Below are positions 25,332 through 38,500 of a stretch of 64,000 nucleotides of DNA, in pieces. The DNA is from Adineta vaga. Lineage: Eukaryota > Animalia > Rotifera. The notes beneath the pieces were generated by a model that searched no databases, was not told the origin of the DNA, and was given only the letters and a program-made list of their open reading frames with translations. The position numbers and the translations under genes were made by a program. Where the stretch lies: contig CP075496.1 of the NCBI GenBank assembly GCA_021613535.1, positions 7,998,001 to 8,062,000 on the forward strand, in the 5' to 3' direction. Numbering within the stretch: position 1 is the first letter of the stretch; the number at the start of each line of letters is the position of its first letter.

Positions 25332-27064
25332 ATGAGTATCGTTAATAATTATGCAATAGCTACTATTCTCTGTCTTCAAACAATATGTTTTACGATTATT
25401 TCAACTGTTGGACAATATATCTATGCATCCTATTTACAAACATATCCATATTCATCAAATGTAACTCAAAATCAAACAATTCACATACTTCATTCATTGC
25501 ATCGATTGAAAACTGTTAATGATGTTTCACAACAATGTATTGATAATTATTCAAATAATAGTGCACAACTATGGGCACAAGAACAAGCTGCTGATTTATT
25601 CTTTCGAATCGATTTATGGAATAGTTGTCCGATGGTTATAATGACATTTATATTGGGAATATATACTCCAAAATTAGGTCGACGATTCGTACTTATTCTA
25701 CCAATGTTAGGTACTGCTGTGCAATTAGCTATTTGGTTAGCAATTATTTATTTGCATTTAGCTGATTATTGGTGGTATATCGCTAGTTTTATTGTTGGTT
25801 TATCTGGTTCAACTTATATATTCAGTAAGAAAAATGTGTTGATTTATTATAAATTGATTTGATTCTTTTAAAGATTTTGTATTGAATTTAATTATAACGG
25901 ATAATACGACAGAAACTAATCGATCTGCTCGTTTTGTTCTATATGAAACAATAACTACTGCAGTATATGCTATTATTACATTTGGTATAGGTTATTATAT
26001 CAAATGGCGTGGTTTCACTGATCTTTATTGGATATCTTTAGGATTAGAAATCATTTCCATAGGAGTTGTGATAATTTTTTTCAAAAATACGACACCATCA
26101 ATCAATGAAAGTACTTCTCATTTAAACAATAATGATGTACAAATTCAAAATTCTTCTTCTTCTTTAAAAGCATCATGTCAAAATTGTACCTTCATTTTTC
26201 AAATTTTCAGTTTTAAAAATCATTCCCGTCAAAAATCAATTAGTCTTCTTTTAACTTTATTTGCCTATATCTTCTATTTATTATCTTATTCAACGTATAC
26301 TGCATTTCTTTGGTATCTACTCGATGCTCCTTTCTGTTGGTCATCGGAAAATATTGGAAATTACACTGCATTATCTGCAATTTGTTGTGCTATCTTTAGT
26401 TTACTTGGAATGAAATTATTTACACGTCTCGGTGCAAATGATATTATCATCTGTACTTTGAGTCATCTCTTTTTTACGGCATCATCTCTTTGGATTGCAT
26501 TTGCACAACATAGTTGGCAATTATATACCGGATTATTAATTAGTCCCTATGCTGATTATCAAAGTTCGTTAACAATACCAATAATGTCGACATGGCTAGC
26601 TCCACATGAACGAAATCATGTATTTACATTAGTAGCAGAAGTAAATACAATTGTTTCAACATTTGGAGAATCAATTTTCAATTGGATTTATGCGCAAACA
26701 GTAGCAAAATCTCGAAATTTTACATTATTCATTTCCGCTGGACTCAGTCTTGTCGCATTTATATTAAATATGTAAGAAATCAAAAGTTTAAATTCAAAAA
26801 CAAAACCTACAACTCTGATTTTTCTTTTTTCGTAGATGTTTATTTTGTGTAAATCGACAAGCATCAAAAGAATGTATATCTATTCCTTCAGAAACGGAAC
26901 CATTGCTTTCATCGACAAGTGAAATTACACATTCTGTTGAAGTTATTCGTCCATCTTTATTAATACCACATCTTCCTGTTAAAGTAAATTCTCTGTCGAA
27001 CTCACCAACTATTATAATGAAGAAAGAGATAGAAGAAGCATCAAATAACCTTATTGTTCTTTAA
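25332..27064 (+). CDS. MFS transporter, SLC46-like copy 2
   Basis: Exons ~25332-25824, ~25874-26771, 26836-27064; LGRRFVLILP, YLLDAPFCWSSENIG, C-terminal ETEPLL dileucine motif. Confidence 0.88.
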
Positions 27065-27380
27065 TTTTTGAATGTTATAATCTGTTGATTTAATTAAATA
27101 AAAGTTCAACGGCGATACAAATACATTTCAAACCGATTCCTTCTTTTTATTAATAATCATCATCTAAAAGACCGTAGAGTAAAACGTGTTGACCGTACTA
27201 ATCGAAAACAATATATATATATATATATATATATTATCTGTTTCATATGTTATACAAGTGTACCAACTAGCTTATTTATCGTCACAGTTGATTGATTTTG
27301 TTTCAATGACTTAACTTTCATACAAGAGTCGATATTTACATATTCATTTTTTGTCAGTTCAAAAAACCTTATTCAATCGA

Positions 27381-29081
27381 ATGACAGTAGTCAGTAGTTA
27401 TACGATCGCGACTGTTCTCAGTCTTCAAACTCTTTGTACTTGTATTATTTTTACACTTGGACAATATATTTATACATTCTATTTACAAACATATGCATTA
27501 TCATCAAATTCTATCATTCGAAATTTAACCATTCAAACTTCAACTAAAATTAATTCTGTTGAAAAATGTTTTAAAATTTCAAAATCACAAGATGCATTTG
27601 CTCAAGCATGGGCACAACAACGATCAGCTGATTTGTTCTTTTCGATTAATCTTTGGAGTTGTTTTCCAATTATTATTATGACATATATTCTTGGATTATA
27701 TACACCAAAATTAGGTCGACGATTTGTTCTTATCTTACCTATGGTTGGTATAACTATTCAAGTTACAATTTGGTTAGCAATTATATATTTTCATCTACCT
27801 GAATATTGGTGGTATATAGCAGCATTTATTGTTGGTTTATCTGGTTCTGATAATATTCGGAGTAAATTTTTGAAATTATGTTAGTAAATTGTGAATATTC
27901 TATGTTTTATTTAGATTTTGTATTGAATTTATTTATTACTGAAAATACAATTGAAAGTGAACGTTCATCACGTTTTGTAGTTTTCGGTGGAATATCAATG
28001 ATTGTAGCTGCAATAGGAACATTTGTTATTGGTTATTATATAGCATGGTATGGTTTCAAAGATCTATATTGGATTGCATTAATCTTACAGATAATTTCAA
28101 TTTTTATCGTTCTCTTCTTTTTTAAATCTGATAAAAATCATTATAAATACTTGACAAATTCAAATCATTCGAATTTATTACTTCGTACACCGAATAGACA
28201 AAATTCATTAATAAATTGTCGATTTTATTTTGATATTTGTCAAGTTTTTCGCTTTCGAAATCGATCACGAAAGAAATCTTTCAGTCTTCTATTAACACTT
28301 CTTGCTTATGCATCATTTTCATTCATTTGCACTGCATTTACTGTTCTTCTTCTCTATCTTCTCAATGCTCCATTTTGTTGGACATCAAAACATATTGGCA
28401 ATTTTTCTGCAACAGCTTTGATTACATTTGGAATTCTAAGTGTTTTAGGAATGAAACTATTAACGAAACTTGGTGCTTCTGATACGATTATATGTATAAT
28501 AAGTCATATTTTCTTTTGTTTAGCATCACTTTGGTTAGCATTTGCAAAAAATGATTTACAAATGTATTTGGGTTTAATACTTAGTTCATTTTCTGGTTAT
28601 CAAAACTTTTTAACTTTATCAATGATATCCAAATGGTTAGAACCACATGAACGAACAAATGCATTTACATTAGTCACAGAAATTAATACAATTATGAAAG
28701 TAACAGGATATTGTTTTTTTAATTGGATCTATGCACGAACAGTTATTCATTATAAAAATTTTACATTCTTACTTGCAGCTGGGTTATGTTTGATTCCATT
28801 AGTTTTGAATATGTAAGAATAGAATTATTCTTGTGAGAAAACGAAATTATAGAAATAAAATGTGTTCTAGATGTTTATGGTATATATCACGATCAATGAT
28901 GGATGAAGATAGTGAACCTAACGAAGAGATTGATTTACAATCGGAAATGCTTACTGTACCTGCTGATTGGCCAGCACCAATTGGAGATGCAAATTCACTG
29001 CTAATTCCACAACAATTCTCTGACTTATCACGAACGAGTTCAATAGCATCGAGTGATGAACATGATGTTCAAACCATTTAA
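27381..29081 (+). CDS. MFS transporter, SLC46-like copy 3
   Basis: Same motifs (LGRRFVLILP, YLLNAPFCWTSKHIG, SKWLEPHER) and same intron positions as copies 1 and 2. Confidence 0.88.
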
Positions 29082-29587
29082 TATTCATACATTGTTATTA
29101 GGTTTTTATTGAATGATATCTAAGTAAATTGTTTTTAAATAAATATAACTTATAGGAAATATTCATTTTATTTCAATTCTTTTCTCTAAATAGAAGAAAA
29201 TCTATTGTTTTCTATGTTTACTACAGAAATTAAAAGTTTCTTCTCGTGCTTGTATTTTGTTATCCGGTACGATAGATGTCCTTCTACGTCCATGATATTC
29301 AAGTTTATTTATTAAACTGTTAAATTAATTGATTTTAACTCTAATGAAAAATAAATTACGAATGAATTGAGAATATTTGAAAATAAAATATCAAATTAGT
29401 GCCATCTATTCATTTGCTGTTTATCTCAATCTCTCCTAAGTTAACCGTAATTTTCTCATGGATCAACTTTAAAATGCTTCTTGTGTCGAAAATATTTTTT
29501 TTTATGAAATTAAATCAATGATCAATTAAAATCTCATTTGACATATTTTTTCTTTCGTCGTGAATTAAAACATTTTTTGGAATAATT

Positions 29588-31258
29588 ATGTCAGAATCAT
29601 TTATGTTAAGTATGTTCAGTTTAGCCATGTTTCTTGGCTCATATCTGTCCGGTCTTGTTCCATTGGCATTTACACTTTCTGAAGTATGTATAATCTAATG
29701 AAAATAATCACAAACAAAAATACGAATAATTCATTTAGACTAAAATGCGTTATGTTACCGTACTTGGCGCCGGTCTTTTGGTTGGCACAGCTTTAGCAGT
29801 CATTGTTCCCGAAGGTGTTCATGCACTTTATATGAGTGAATTAGAAACAAATCAAATGCAAACACAACATGAATTTCATGCTGATCATAAAGTTATTGGT
29901 CGACATTTAAATCAAGTTGATAATGATAATAAAGCAGAAAATCATGGTAGCAAAGGAGAGTTTTTACCACCTGTTCATCAACATACAGCTGATCGACCAA
30001 GAGAATTAGGTTCAGAACTTGGACATAAACATACGGATACTACACATTCAGCTATTGGTACGATGATTGCATAGGATTTTCAAGAATAATTTCTTATGTC
30101 TTCAGGTATAACATTGATACTTGGTTTTGTTTTTATGCTCGTTATTGATAACTGCGGTTCGAGAATAATTCGACATCATGGAAATCAGAGTATGTTATAA
30201 CGAATTATTTCTAGAGAAAACTTTCACTTATTATTTTTTAGTGATTGATGCATCAAGTTCAATCGGTATGTTGAAATCCAAAGCAACATGGACAGCTACA
30301 TTAGGTCTGGTTGTACATGCAGCAGCTGATGGAATTGCTCTAGGTAATAAGAAGCAACAGATTTCCTTATGTTAATAAATTCTATGACGATAAGTGAGAC
30401 AATTGAAAAACTGAAAAGTTATCCGTTCATTTACATGTAAAATATACAATATTCAGATCAGATGTATCTATGGAAGTTAGAACATAAGAATTCTTTCAAT
30501 TAAAAACAAATCTATTATCTAGAAATTTCTAGATTGACAATTTTTATCGTCATACGGATGAATAAGTTCTTATAATCGTATCTTTTCTACAATAGATTTT
30601 ATGATATATAAACAAAAAGTATAAAAATAAATTGCTTCCACGTTGCTACTAGACATAATAGTCAATAAAAACATGAGTTTTTTTTTAAATAAATAATGCT
30701 TCGAAGTATTTGAATATTCTTTAGTTTAATTCAATGTATTTTAGGCGCAGCATCAGCAACAAGTCGATTTAATGTGGAATTAATTGTATTTATGGCAATT
30801 ATGTTACATAAAGTAATCTTTATTCTATTAACTAAAATGAAATATATATTTGAATCTATTTATAGGCACCAGCAGCATTTGGTCTAGTTTCATTTCTCAT
30901 ATCTGACGGTGTTGATCGTAAACGAATTCGACGTCATCTATTAATTTTTTCTTTAGCTGCTCCATTAATGGCTATATTTACTTTTGTTTTGTTAAAAAGT
31001 GTACGTCTTCTTTCATCCAAGGAAATATTTAGTCTATCATTTTCATTTCTCTAGAGAGTTCATGACACTTATTCCGTTGATTCGACAGGTCTTGCAATGT
31101 TATTTAGTGCTGGAACATTTCTATTCGTTGCGACTGTTCACGTCTTACCAGAAGTACAATCACATTACGATGATCGACAATTTCGTGCCGTTGAACTTCT
31201 CATTCTTATCATTGGATGTTGTTTTCCTATTATCCTTTCTATGGGACATAAACATTGA
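29588..31258 (+). CDS. SLC39A9: Zinc transporter ZIP9
   Basis: [61 protein letters not shown]|[31 protein letters not shown]-terminal GHKH*. Confidence 0.95.
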
Positions 31259-31391
31259 ACAAAATGCATCTTTATGTAAAAAATTGTACATATATAGAAA
31301 ACTTATTTTTAGTAGAATAATATCAAATGGAAATCTTTATTTCTTTTTGTTGTCAAATTTTTTTTAGATCATTCTCTCTCGTTTGTTTTCA

Positions 31392-32610
31392 ATGGCCGAT
31401 GATATTTATGTAGTAGAAAGAATTCTCAATAAGCGAATCCTTGAAAATGGTGAAATTGAATATTTTTTAAAATGGTTCGGTTATGATGAAGATGATGCGA
31501 CATGGGAACCAGAAGAAAATGTTTTCTGTAAAGATTTAATTAAATTATTTGAAAGAACTATCGAAAATATTGTAAGTAGAATTGTATTAGATTTGTTTTT
31601 TTTTAAATGTTTTCTTTTTGCATCTCATAGGAAGATGAATGCATATCATCTTTAAATCAAATGCTATATGAAATCGAAAATCTCGTCGAAACAGGTAAGT
31701 TATCGGATGAATAATATAATATTCCGGGAAAAAAAGAATATAATTAATGACTATTATCATTATATTTCATTCTTGATTTTAGTCCCTCCAATATCGTCTG
31801 ATTGCATTGATATGAGTAATAATGAATTGATTCTTGATCATTCCTTATCACCAACTATCGCCGAATCTACTTCGTCAATTATTGTCAAAGCCGATATTCC
31901 TAGTAAGATATTTATATAGAAGAAATAATCGAATTATTTAATCAATATTTATCTTTAGATGGTCATAACAATAGTATTTCCAGAAGTAATAGTATGGAAA
32001 AAGTCAATGACAGTGGTAAATTCATGTCATATTTTCAAACTCTATCTTACATTGTTGTTTTGTTTTTTAGAAGAAATACCAATTTCCAATGCAAATTCAG
32101 AGGTAAGAACTCATCTTCAAATGATATTTTCAATCGATCTAGAATTTTATTTTTCTTCAGCCACCATTGACTATAAATCGTCGTCGTAAACGAACAAAAA
32201 CTACCTCACGAACTCGTCGAAAAAAGCTTCGATCTGATTCCAATCCAAATAAATCCACGATTGTTGATGAAAATGCCAATGATATTGAAAGACAAGAACA
32301 AATGGAAGTACAAAATAATACAATTGATTATATCTCTCTAGAACCTGAACGTATTGTTTCAATAACACGTTCACGTTTACCAGCTCAACAACTTGAATTT
32401 CTTTTAAAATGTTCACGTTGTCCAACAAAATTATTTTTCATTTCAAATGAAAAAGCCAAAGAACTTGTACCGGATTTATTGATTGAATTTTATGAACGAC
32501 ATATTAATTGGTTTATAGATTCACCTTCACCATCATCATCCAAACAGAAAAAAACCAAACGTGAAAGTAATTTACCTATGCGACGCAATACAAATAAACA
32601 AAAATCCTAA
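31392..32610 (+). CDS. HP1/chromobox-like protein (chromodomain plus divergent chromo-shadow domain)
   Basis: [10 protein letters not shown]...[28 protein letters not shown]; C-terminal LEPERIV...FLLK...[14 protein letters not shown]; basic hinge RRRKRTK. Confidence 0.85.
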
Positions 32611-33059
32611 ATATAAATATATACATTTACATATTTGTTGTATCTTATGCTTTTTTTTTCTTCTTCTTTGTTGTTGTTACTGTTTAATTCTATTATTATA
32701 CAATTGTACAAAAAAATCAAACATTTGTGTATATTCAAACAATGAAATATATATACAATAAAGATAAATTTTTGGAAAATAAAAGCCAAAACGTAATGAA
32801 TTATGGTCAAGGATTAAGATTTCATATTTAGATTCGTCTGATAGAATGATGAGTGTGATGAACTACTTTGGCAATCTTACCATGGAATAATTATCATTTG
32901 TTTTGTTTCTTTGTTGTTTGAATGATTTCGATGTTTTAAAATCTTATTTCTTAGTTTATATTCCAAATAAAAAAAAGAGAACTGATAGAGGCATAACAAT
33001 CAGAAAGAAGAAGAAAAAAAATCATGGCTAAATGTTGAAAAGTTTATATCTTTGATTCC

Positions 33060-33938
33060 TTATTTCTTTTCTTTTTCAACTGTTGATGAACTAGTTGTTG
33101 TTTGCTGTTGTTTTTGTCTATCAGCTTCTAATTTACTCTGTTCATCTTCATACTGTTTAATTAATGTTGTTAATTCTTCATCTTTTAACATGCGAATTGT
33201 TGTTTGATTTGTTTTATCATCATGTTGTAAAACAGCAATTTCAATTTTTTCCGGTGTTAATTTTGTTGTATCAAGTGTTTTACTAAATACTCGAATAGCT
33301 AAACGTAATGCATCATTTAGTTGGGTTTCACCTATTTTATATTCTTGTTTAAGAATTGATATCGCCGTTTGAGAATTATGACCGACACATGTTGCTTTCC
33401 ATCCACCATAGTTTCCACTTGGATCAGATTGATATAATTGATAACCATAATGTTTATCCCAACCCATATAGAGAAATGAAACACCAAATGGACGTTTACC
33501 ACCGAATTGAGTATATGCTTGTTTAATATTACATAAACGTGAAACAATATATTCAATTGGTGCTGGTTCTTGATATGTTAATAAATATCTGTATGAAAGA
33601 GAAAAACACAATTTCTATTTGTATATATATTTTTTTCTTTGGAATAGTTACCGTTGTCCAATCATACGTAATTCATTGATTAAGACATTTGCATCACTGG
33701 TTATACCAGAAACTGAACAACAAAGATCATCATGAATCTTATAGATTTTTTCCGAATATTTCACATCATCAAGTAATGGACTTATGTTACGTTTTTCACC
33801 GGCAAGTACAACACCATTTTCAGCAAGAATACCTAATGAAGCACCAGAATGAGAAATAGCTTCTAACGCATATTCAACTTGATATAAACGCCCTTCAGGA
33901 GAGAATATTGTTGCACGTGTATCATATCGACGAGCCAT
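33060..33938 (-). CDS. PSMA4: Proteasome subunit alpha type-4 (alpha3)
   Basis: [24 protein letters not shown]; [16 protein letters not shown]; [16 protein letters not shown]; one intron at ~33590-33651. Confidence 0.97.
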
Positions 33939-34132
33939 GAATTTTGAATTCTTTTTTCTTTAATCTACAATTTCGAAGATATTCATACAAAGACAAATAT
34001 GAATAATTATCTATATATATATATATGTATATATTGCGTATATAAGAGATTCAAAAAACAAAAGAATTGTTACGAAAGATACACGTAAGAAGAGCAAAGA
34101 ATGAGATTTTTACAAGATTTTGTAAATCCTTA

Positions 34133-35248
34133 TTACGGATGAACGTCTGTGTGGCGACGTTTAGGTTTTTTTGGATTACGTGAACGACTTTTAGCTTTAC
34201 AAATAGGACATATAGGTGCATTGCGATGAATTTGTTGTTGACATGATTGACAAGTCTACAAAAAAACATTATAGATTTGATGGATATTGTTATTTTTATG
34301 GATAAAAACTGTCGTTACCTTCATAGGTGGTGGTTGCTGTCTAAATGCTGATCGGTCAACTGTCGATGTCATTGTACCAAGTACTTTTGATACATTAATA
34401 CCTGTTGCTTGAGATTGATTTGTACTAGAAGCTGATGTTCCAGTTGAAACTGGACCCGTATTTATGGAACCAGTCATCTGTTGTGATTGATGAAGAAATG
34501 GTGCAACTAATGAATGATGTTGTTCGTGAATATTATCCGATGCTGTGGAAGATAAATGAGAAGTTCGATTTGCTGCTGTTGTTGTTGTTTCATGATCATT
34601 TGATTGTTGAGAAATCAATCTAAATAATACACTGAGCAAAATCTGAATTTGATCTACTGAAATTAACGTACTGTATTGTCATCAATGCTGCTTCATCATC
34701 TTCATTTTCTTGTAGTTTATCCAAACTGAGTATTTCTCGTAATTTATTTATTTGATCTTTCATCGGTTGATAATCTTTTAGAATACGTTTACTTTCTTGT
34801 AATGCTTTCGTTCGTTCTTCTTCAGCTTGTTTTATTGTTGTTTCCATCTAAATAAAATAAAAAAATCTATTTGAATGTCTTCTTGTCTTTATTTATAACA
34901 TACAATATTAATATCAGCATGAATTAATCGCAATTCTTCAATGTGTGACATCCGTTCTTGAACAAGCATATCAAGTTCTTTACGAAATTCACGTAAAACT
35001 TGGTTTTCACGTGTAACTAGTTCGGTATTTTGATTTAGATGTGTTTGAAGACGTTGTAATTGACTTTGTTTGTCTCTTTAAAAAAAGAAATCCACAATTA
35101 ATTTATTTCATTAAGATTGAAAAAAAACAACAACAAAAACAACATACCCTAATTCTTTGATTAAATCCAGTTTACGCATTGATACAATTAAATCACGTTC
35201 TTCGCCTGCGGATGTTGATGAAGAAGCTTTTTCAGTTAGATTTTCCAT
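34133..35248 (-). CDS. ZC4H2: Zinc finger C4H2 domain protein
   Basis: N-terminal coiled coil ([21 protein letters not shown]|[12 protein letters not shown]) and C-terminal FRQQPPPMK|[33 protein letters not shown]. Confidence 0.95.
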
Positions 35249-35560
35249 TTATATGATGTTAGGGATGATGATGGTGGTGGTGGTGATGATGATGATGAAT
35301 AGATAGATCAACGAAACAAATAAAGGTCAAATAGGAAACTGACCAATCATATATGATGGCGCTAGTATCACATTCTATTTTTTCGAATTTTTTTGCATAA
35401 ATTTAATTTGAAATCATATTTTCTATTAAAATCAATGACATTTTCTTATTAGAAACAATTTTATAATTTTTAGAGAGGTTGTTGTCAAGGGTGAATAGTT
35501 GTTAATGATTAAAATTCGCAATTCATATTTTGTCAATCGTATATTGTATAGTGATCAACG

Positions 35561-38500
35561 ATGAGCATCGTCGAAATTCAACAACAAGAAAATAATAGAA
35601 ATAATGCCAGTAATTCTTGTACTCTTCCACAACTTCGAGGTGAAATTTATTCTTTTTGAATTATTGATTATCTAGAAAGGTTTCTTTTTGTCTTAAATTA
35701 TTTAGGACAATTGCAAAGACCAGCTGCTCGAGCAGAAAATGATTTTTTACCACAAGAATTAATGGTCGCCTTACGACAAACAGCCTTACCAAGTGAATAT
35801 TTAGGTCCATCGAGTTCAGCACCTGGACATAAAAGTTCACGAACACTACCACATGTAAGAATCTAGGAATGAAATCATTGAATGAATACAGTCTGTGATT
35901 GTAGGCAATTACACGTCGTCCTGATAATGCATGGCATTATGCTAAACAACGAGAAAAATATCGTTTTTTACTCGAACAAAATCCATGTACATGTGGCGCT
36001 GGACAGTAAGTGACGATAATGATTGAAATATGAGATTATAGAAAGCGTGTCTTTGATTTAGTGATATCTCATTCTTATGTGAAGCAACAACGAGTACTAT
36101 ACCACATGAACAACAAAATAAATCTTCTTTTGCACAACGAACAGCTGATAAAAGTGTTATTCGAGCACTCGGACCTGAAATCAATGAACCAGTTCGTTTT
36201 CTTATCGAATCACACAATTCAATCATCACACTTTTCCTTCTAGAATATTGTCTTACCTGAATCAATCGTCCCACAAGAATTTCGTTTAGTCAAAAATATC
36301 GGTGTCGCACCTCTGGAAGTCTATGATGAGTAATTATTTTTACTGAAAATATGTCACGTATTAATATTGATTTATATTCTTCTAGCAAAAATACTACTAT
36401 CACTGAAGAACATCTTCATCATATTACCGTTTTTCCTTCTTTGTAAGACTATTCTCTTTCTTGATATCAAAAGTTCGTTCACTTGAATTGTACTTTCGTA
36501 GGAAACCAGTTAGTCGAGCAGAAGTCTTAAAATTAAGACATACAATGGATGCCTTATTAGAAAGAATTACCATTGAGGATAATGATTTACAAGGACAAAC
36601 TCAAGTATAACCTACATTTTGTTGTTTTGTTAATTGAATCTTGTTTTCTAGCTTCATAATTTACTTGAATTAATCAAAGAAGAACAAAATATATATAATA
36701 TTGTTTTTCATGAAATCATTCGTCAAGTTTGTTTTGCATTCTTGTGTTCTTCTCATTTGTTTTCTATCAATCATATTGTCATTAGGTCAGCGTAGAATGT
36801 AAAGAACGTGGAGAATTGTTAGGGAAACTTCGTGAACGTTATTCATCATTATTATCACGTGTACCTCGACAAGTGAAAAGGTTTGATTAGACCTTTTTCA
36901 AATTTTATTTACCAAAAGAAAAAAAACCTGAATTATTCTTCTTATTCATTGTCTAGTTTATATGAAGAATTAATTGCACAACGTGCACTTGATCGTCGTT
37001 TAGCTGAACAATTAATTCAATTTAAAACAACTGTTGGTACACTTATGCTGTACGTAAATATAATGTTGTTGATGTTTTCTTTGATTTATAACGACGATTT
37101 TGAAACCAAATTTTAATTTGTGTCGGTGATAAACCAATACGTACAGATATAGCTAAACGTTCTTGCGCTGAAACATATTTTTGTTCAGCAAATAAACGTT
37201 CTAATTCAGCCACTTGCCATGATGTAAAGAGAATACGTGTACGTTTTCTATCTACAGATAGATTATCATGAGAGGGTGTATTTTGAATTGATGAACGATC
37301 AGATTTTGTCGTATTGGATATTTTAGCTACACGAAGTAATGTCGCATAATCGCATGTTGTTAAATCAACTAAAATATTATTCAAATTTAAGATAAAACAA
37401 AGAGTATTTGATTGAAATCTGAATGTGATAGTCATGTTTGAGACTCAAAATGATATTTTGATTAACTTACCTTGCATAGGTAATGGATTACATCGGATAG
37501 CTTTTGGTTTAACAATTAAATGCGATGAAGATGTAGTCGACATAAATCGAATTATATGTATGTGACAATAACACTTGTATGTTCTTTAATGTCTTGATGA
37601 GAAGAAAAAAATTATTATTGCCGTATGCGTATAGTTTATTTATCAATGTCCATATGTTTCTATTGCGTATTAGTTCTAGAAACAATTCAATTGTAGCACA
37701 CTTGTTGTATGACATGTAAACATAATTAATCTCATAATCAAGAAGAAGAAGAAGACGATGATGATGATGATGATGATAATAATAATGCTTGTCTTTTGTT
37801 TATTGTTACTTATAGTGAATTGGAAGATGTACGTGAACATGATCGACAAGTAACTGAAGAAGCTGAAATCGCTCAACGAGATGTAAGTTGAATATTCGCT
37901 GTGATTTCTCTGATATTAACCATTTCTATACTTCTCATAGTCTAATTTTTTTCTTTAAAAATTAGCGTAAGCATAGCGCTGCTATTACTGCCTACTTGAC
38001 GCTTGATTCATTTAAAATTTTTGAATAAAACCTATATTTCATTTTTTATTCATTAGTTAAAACAAGCATTACTTGAATCGCAAAAGAATGCGTCACTTCT
38101 AACAGAATATCATGAATTATATGATTTGCAACGAAAACGTTTGGAAAAACAAACAAATGTTGTAGCCGAAGAAAAAGAACTATGGCGTGATGCTGCACAA
38201 ACGATTGCACTAAAAGTAACATTTCATTTGTTGAACATTTTCATCATGATGTAAAAACAAAATCTATTTACATTCAGATTGTAGTCGAACATAAATTAAC
38301 TATATCAAAACGTTTAAATCTTGCTGAACAAGCATGGTATGCTTTAGCTAATCATTTTGGTATTTATTTAATGGATAAAGATGCAATTGATTTAACTGAT
38401 GTTCAAAAAGCAGCAAATACATGGCGTGAAATAATCGAAACATTTGATCGTGAACAACAACAACGAGAATATGAAACATCGAAAAATCTTAATCGTTTAG

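Noticed and set aside
30999-31367. 122-aa ORF between ZIP9 and HP1
   Set aside because: It is an alternative frame over the last ZIP9 exon and its 3'UTR.
35478-35496. Possible RFX X-box upstream of the ciliary gene AXDND1 (gttgtcaagggtgaa)
   Set aside because: Only one half-site fits GTTGCCATGGCAAC, which is too degenerate to support.
35942-36274. 110-aa antisense ORF (and 38584-38805, 39236-39472) as further nested genes
   Set aside because: They are shadows of AXDND1 exons with no recognisable domain, unlike the homeobox ORF.
37509-37876. Minus-strand ORFs with a poly-Ile/Phe tract as a TM peptide
   Set aside because: They are produced by (AAG)n(GAT)n(AAT)n microsatellites upstream of the homeobox gene.
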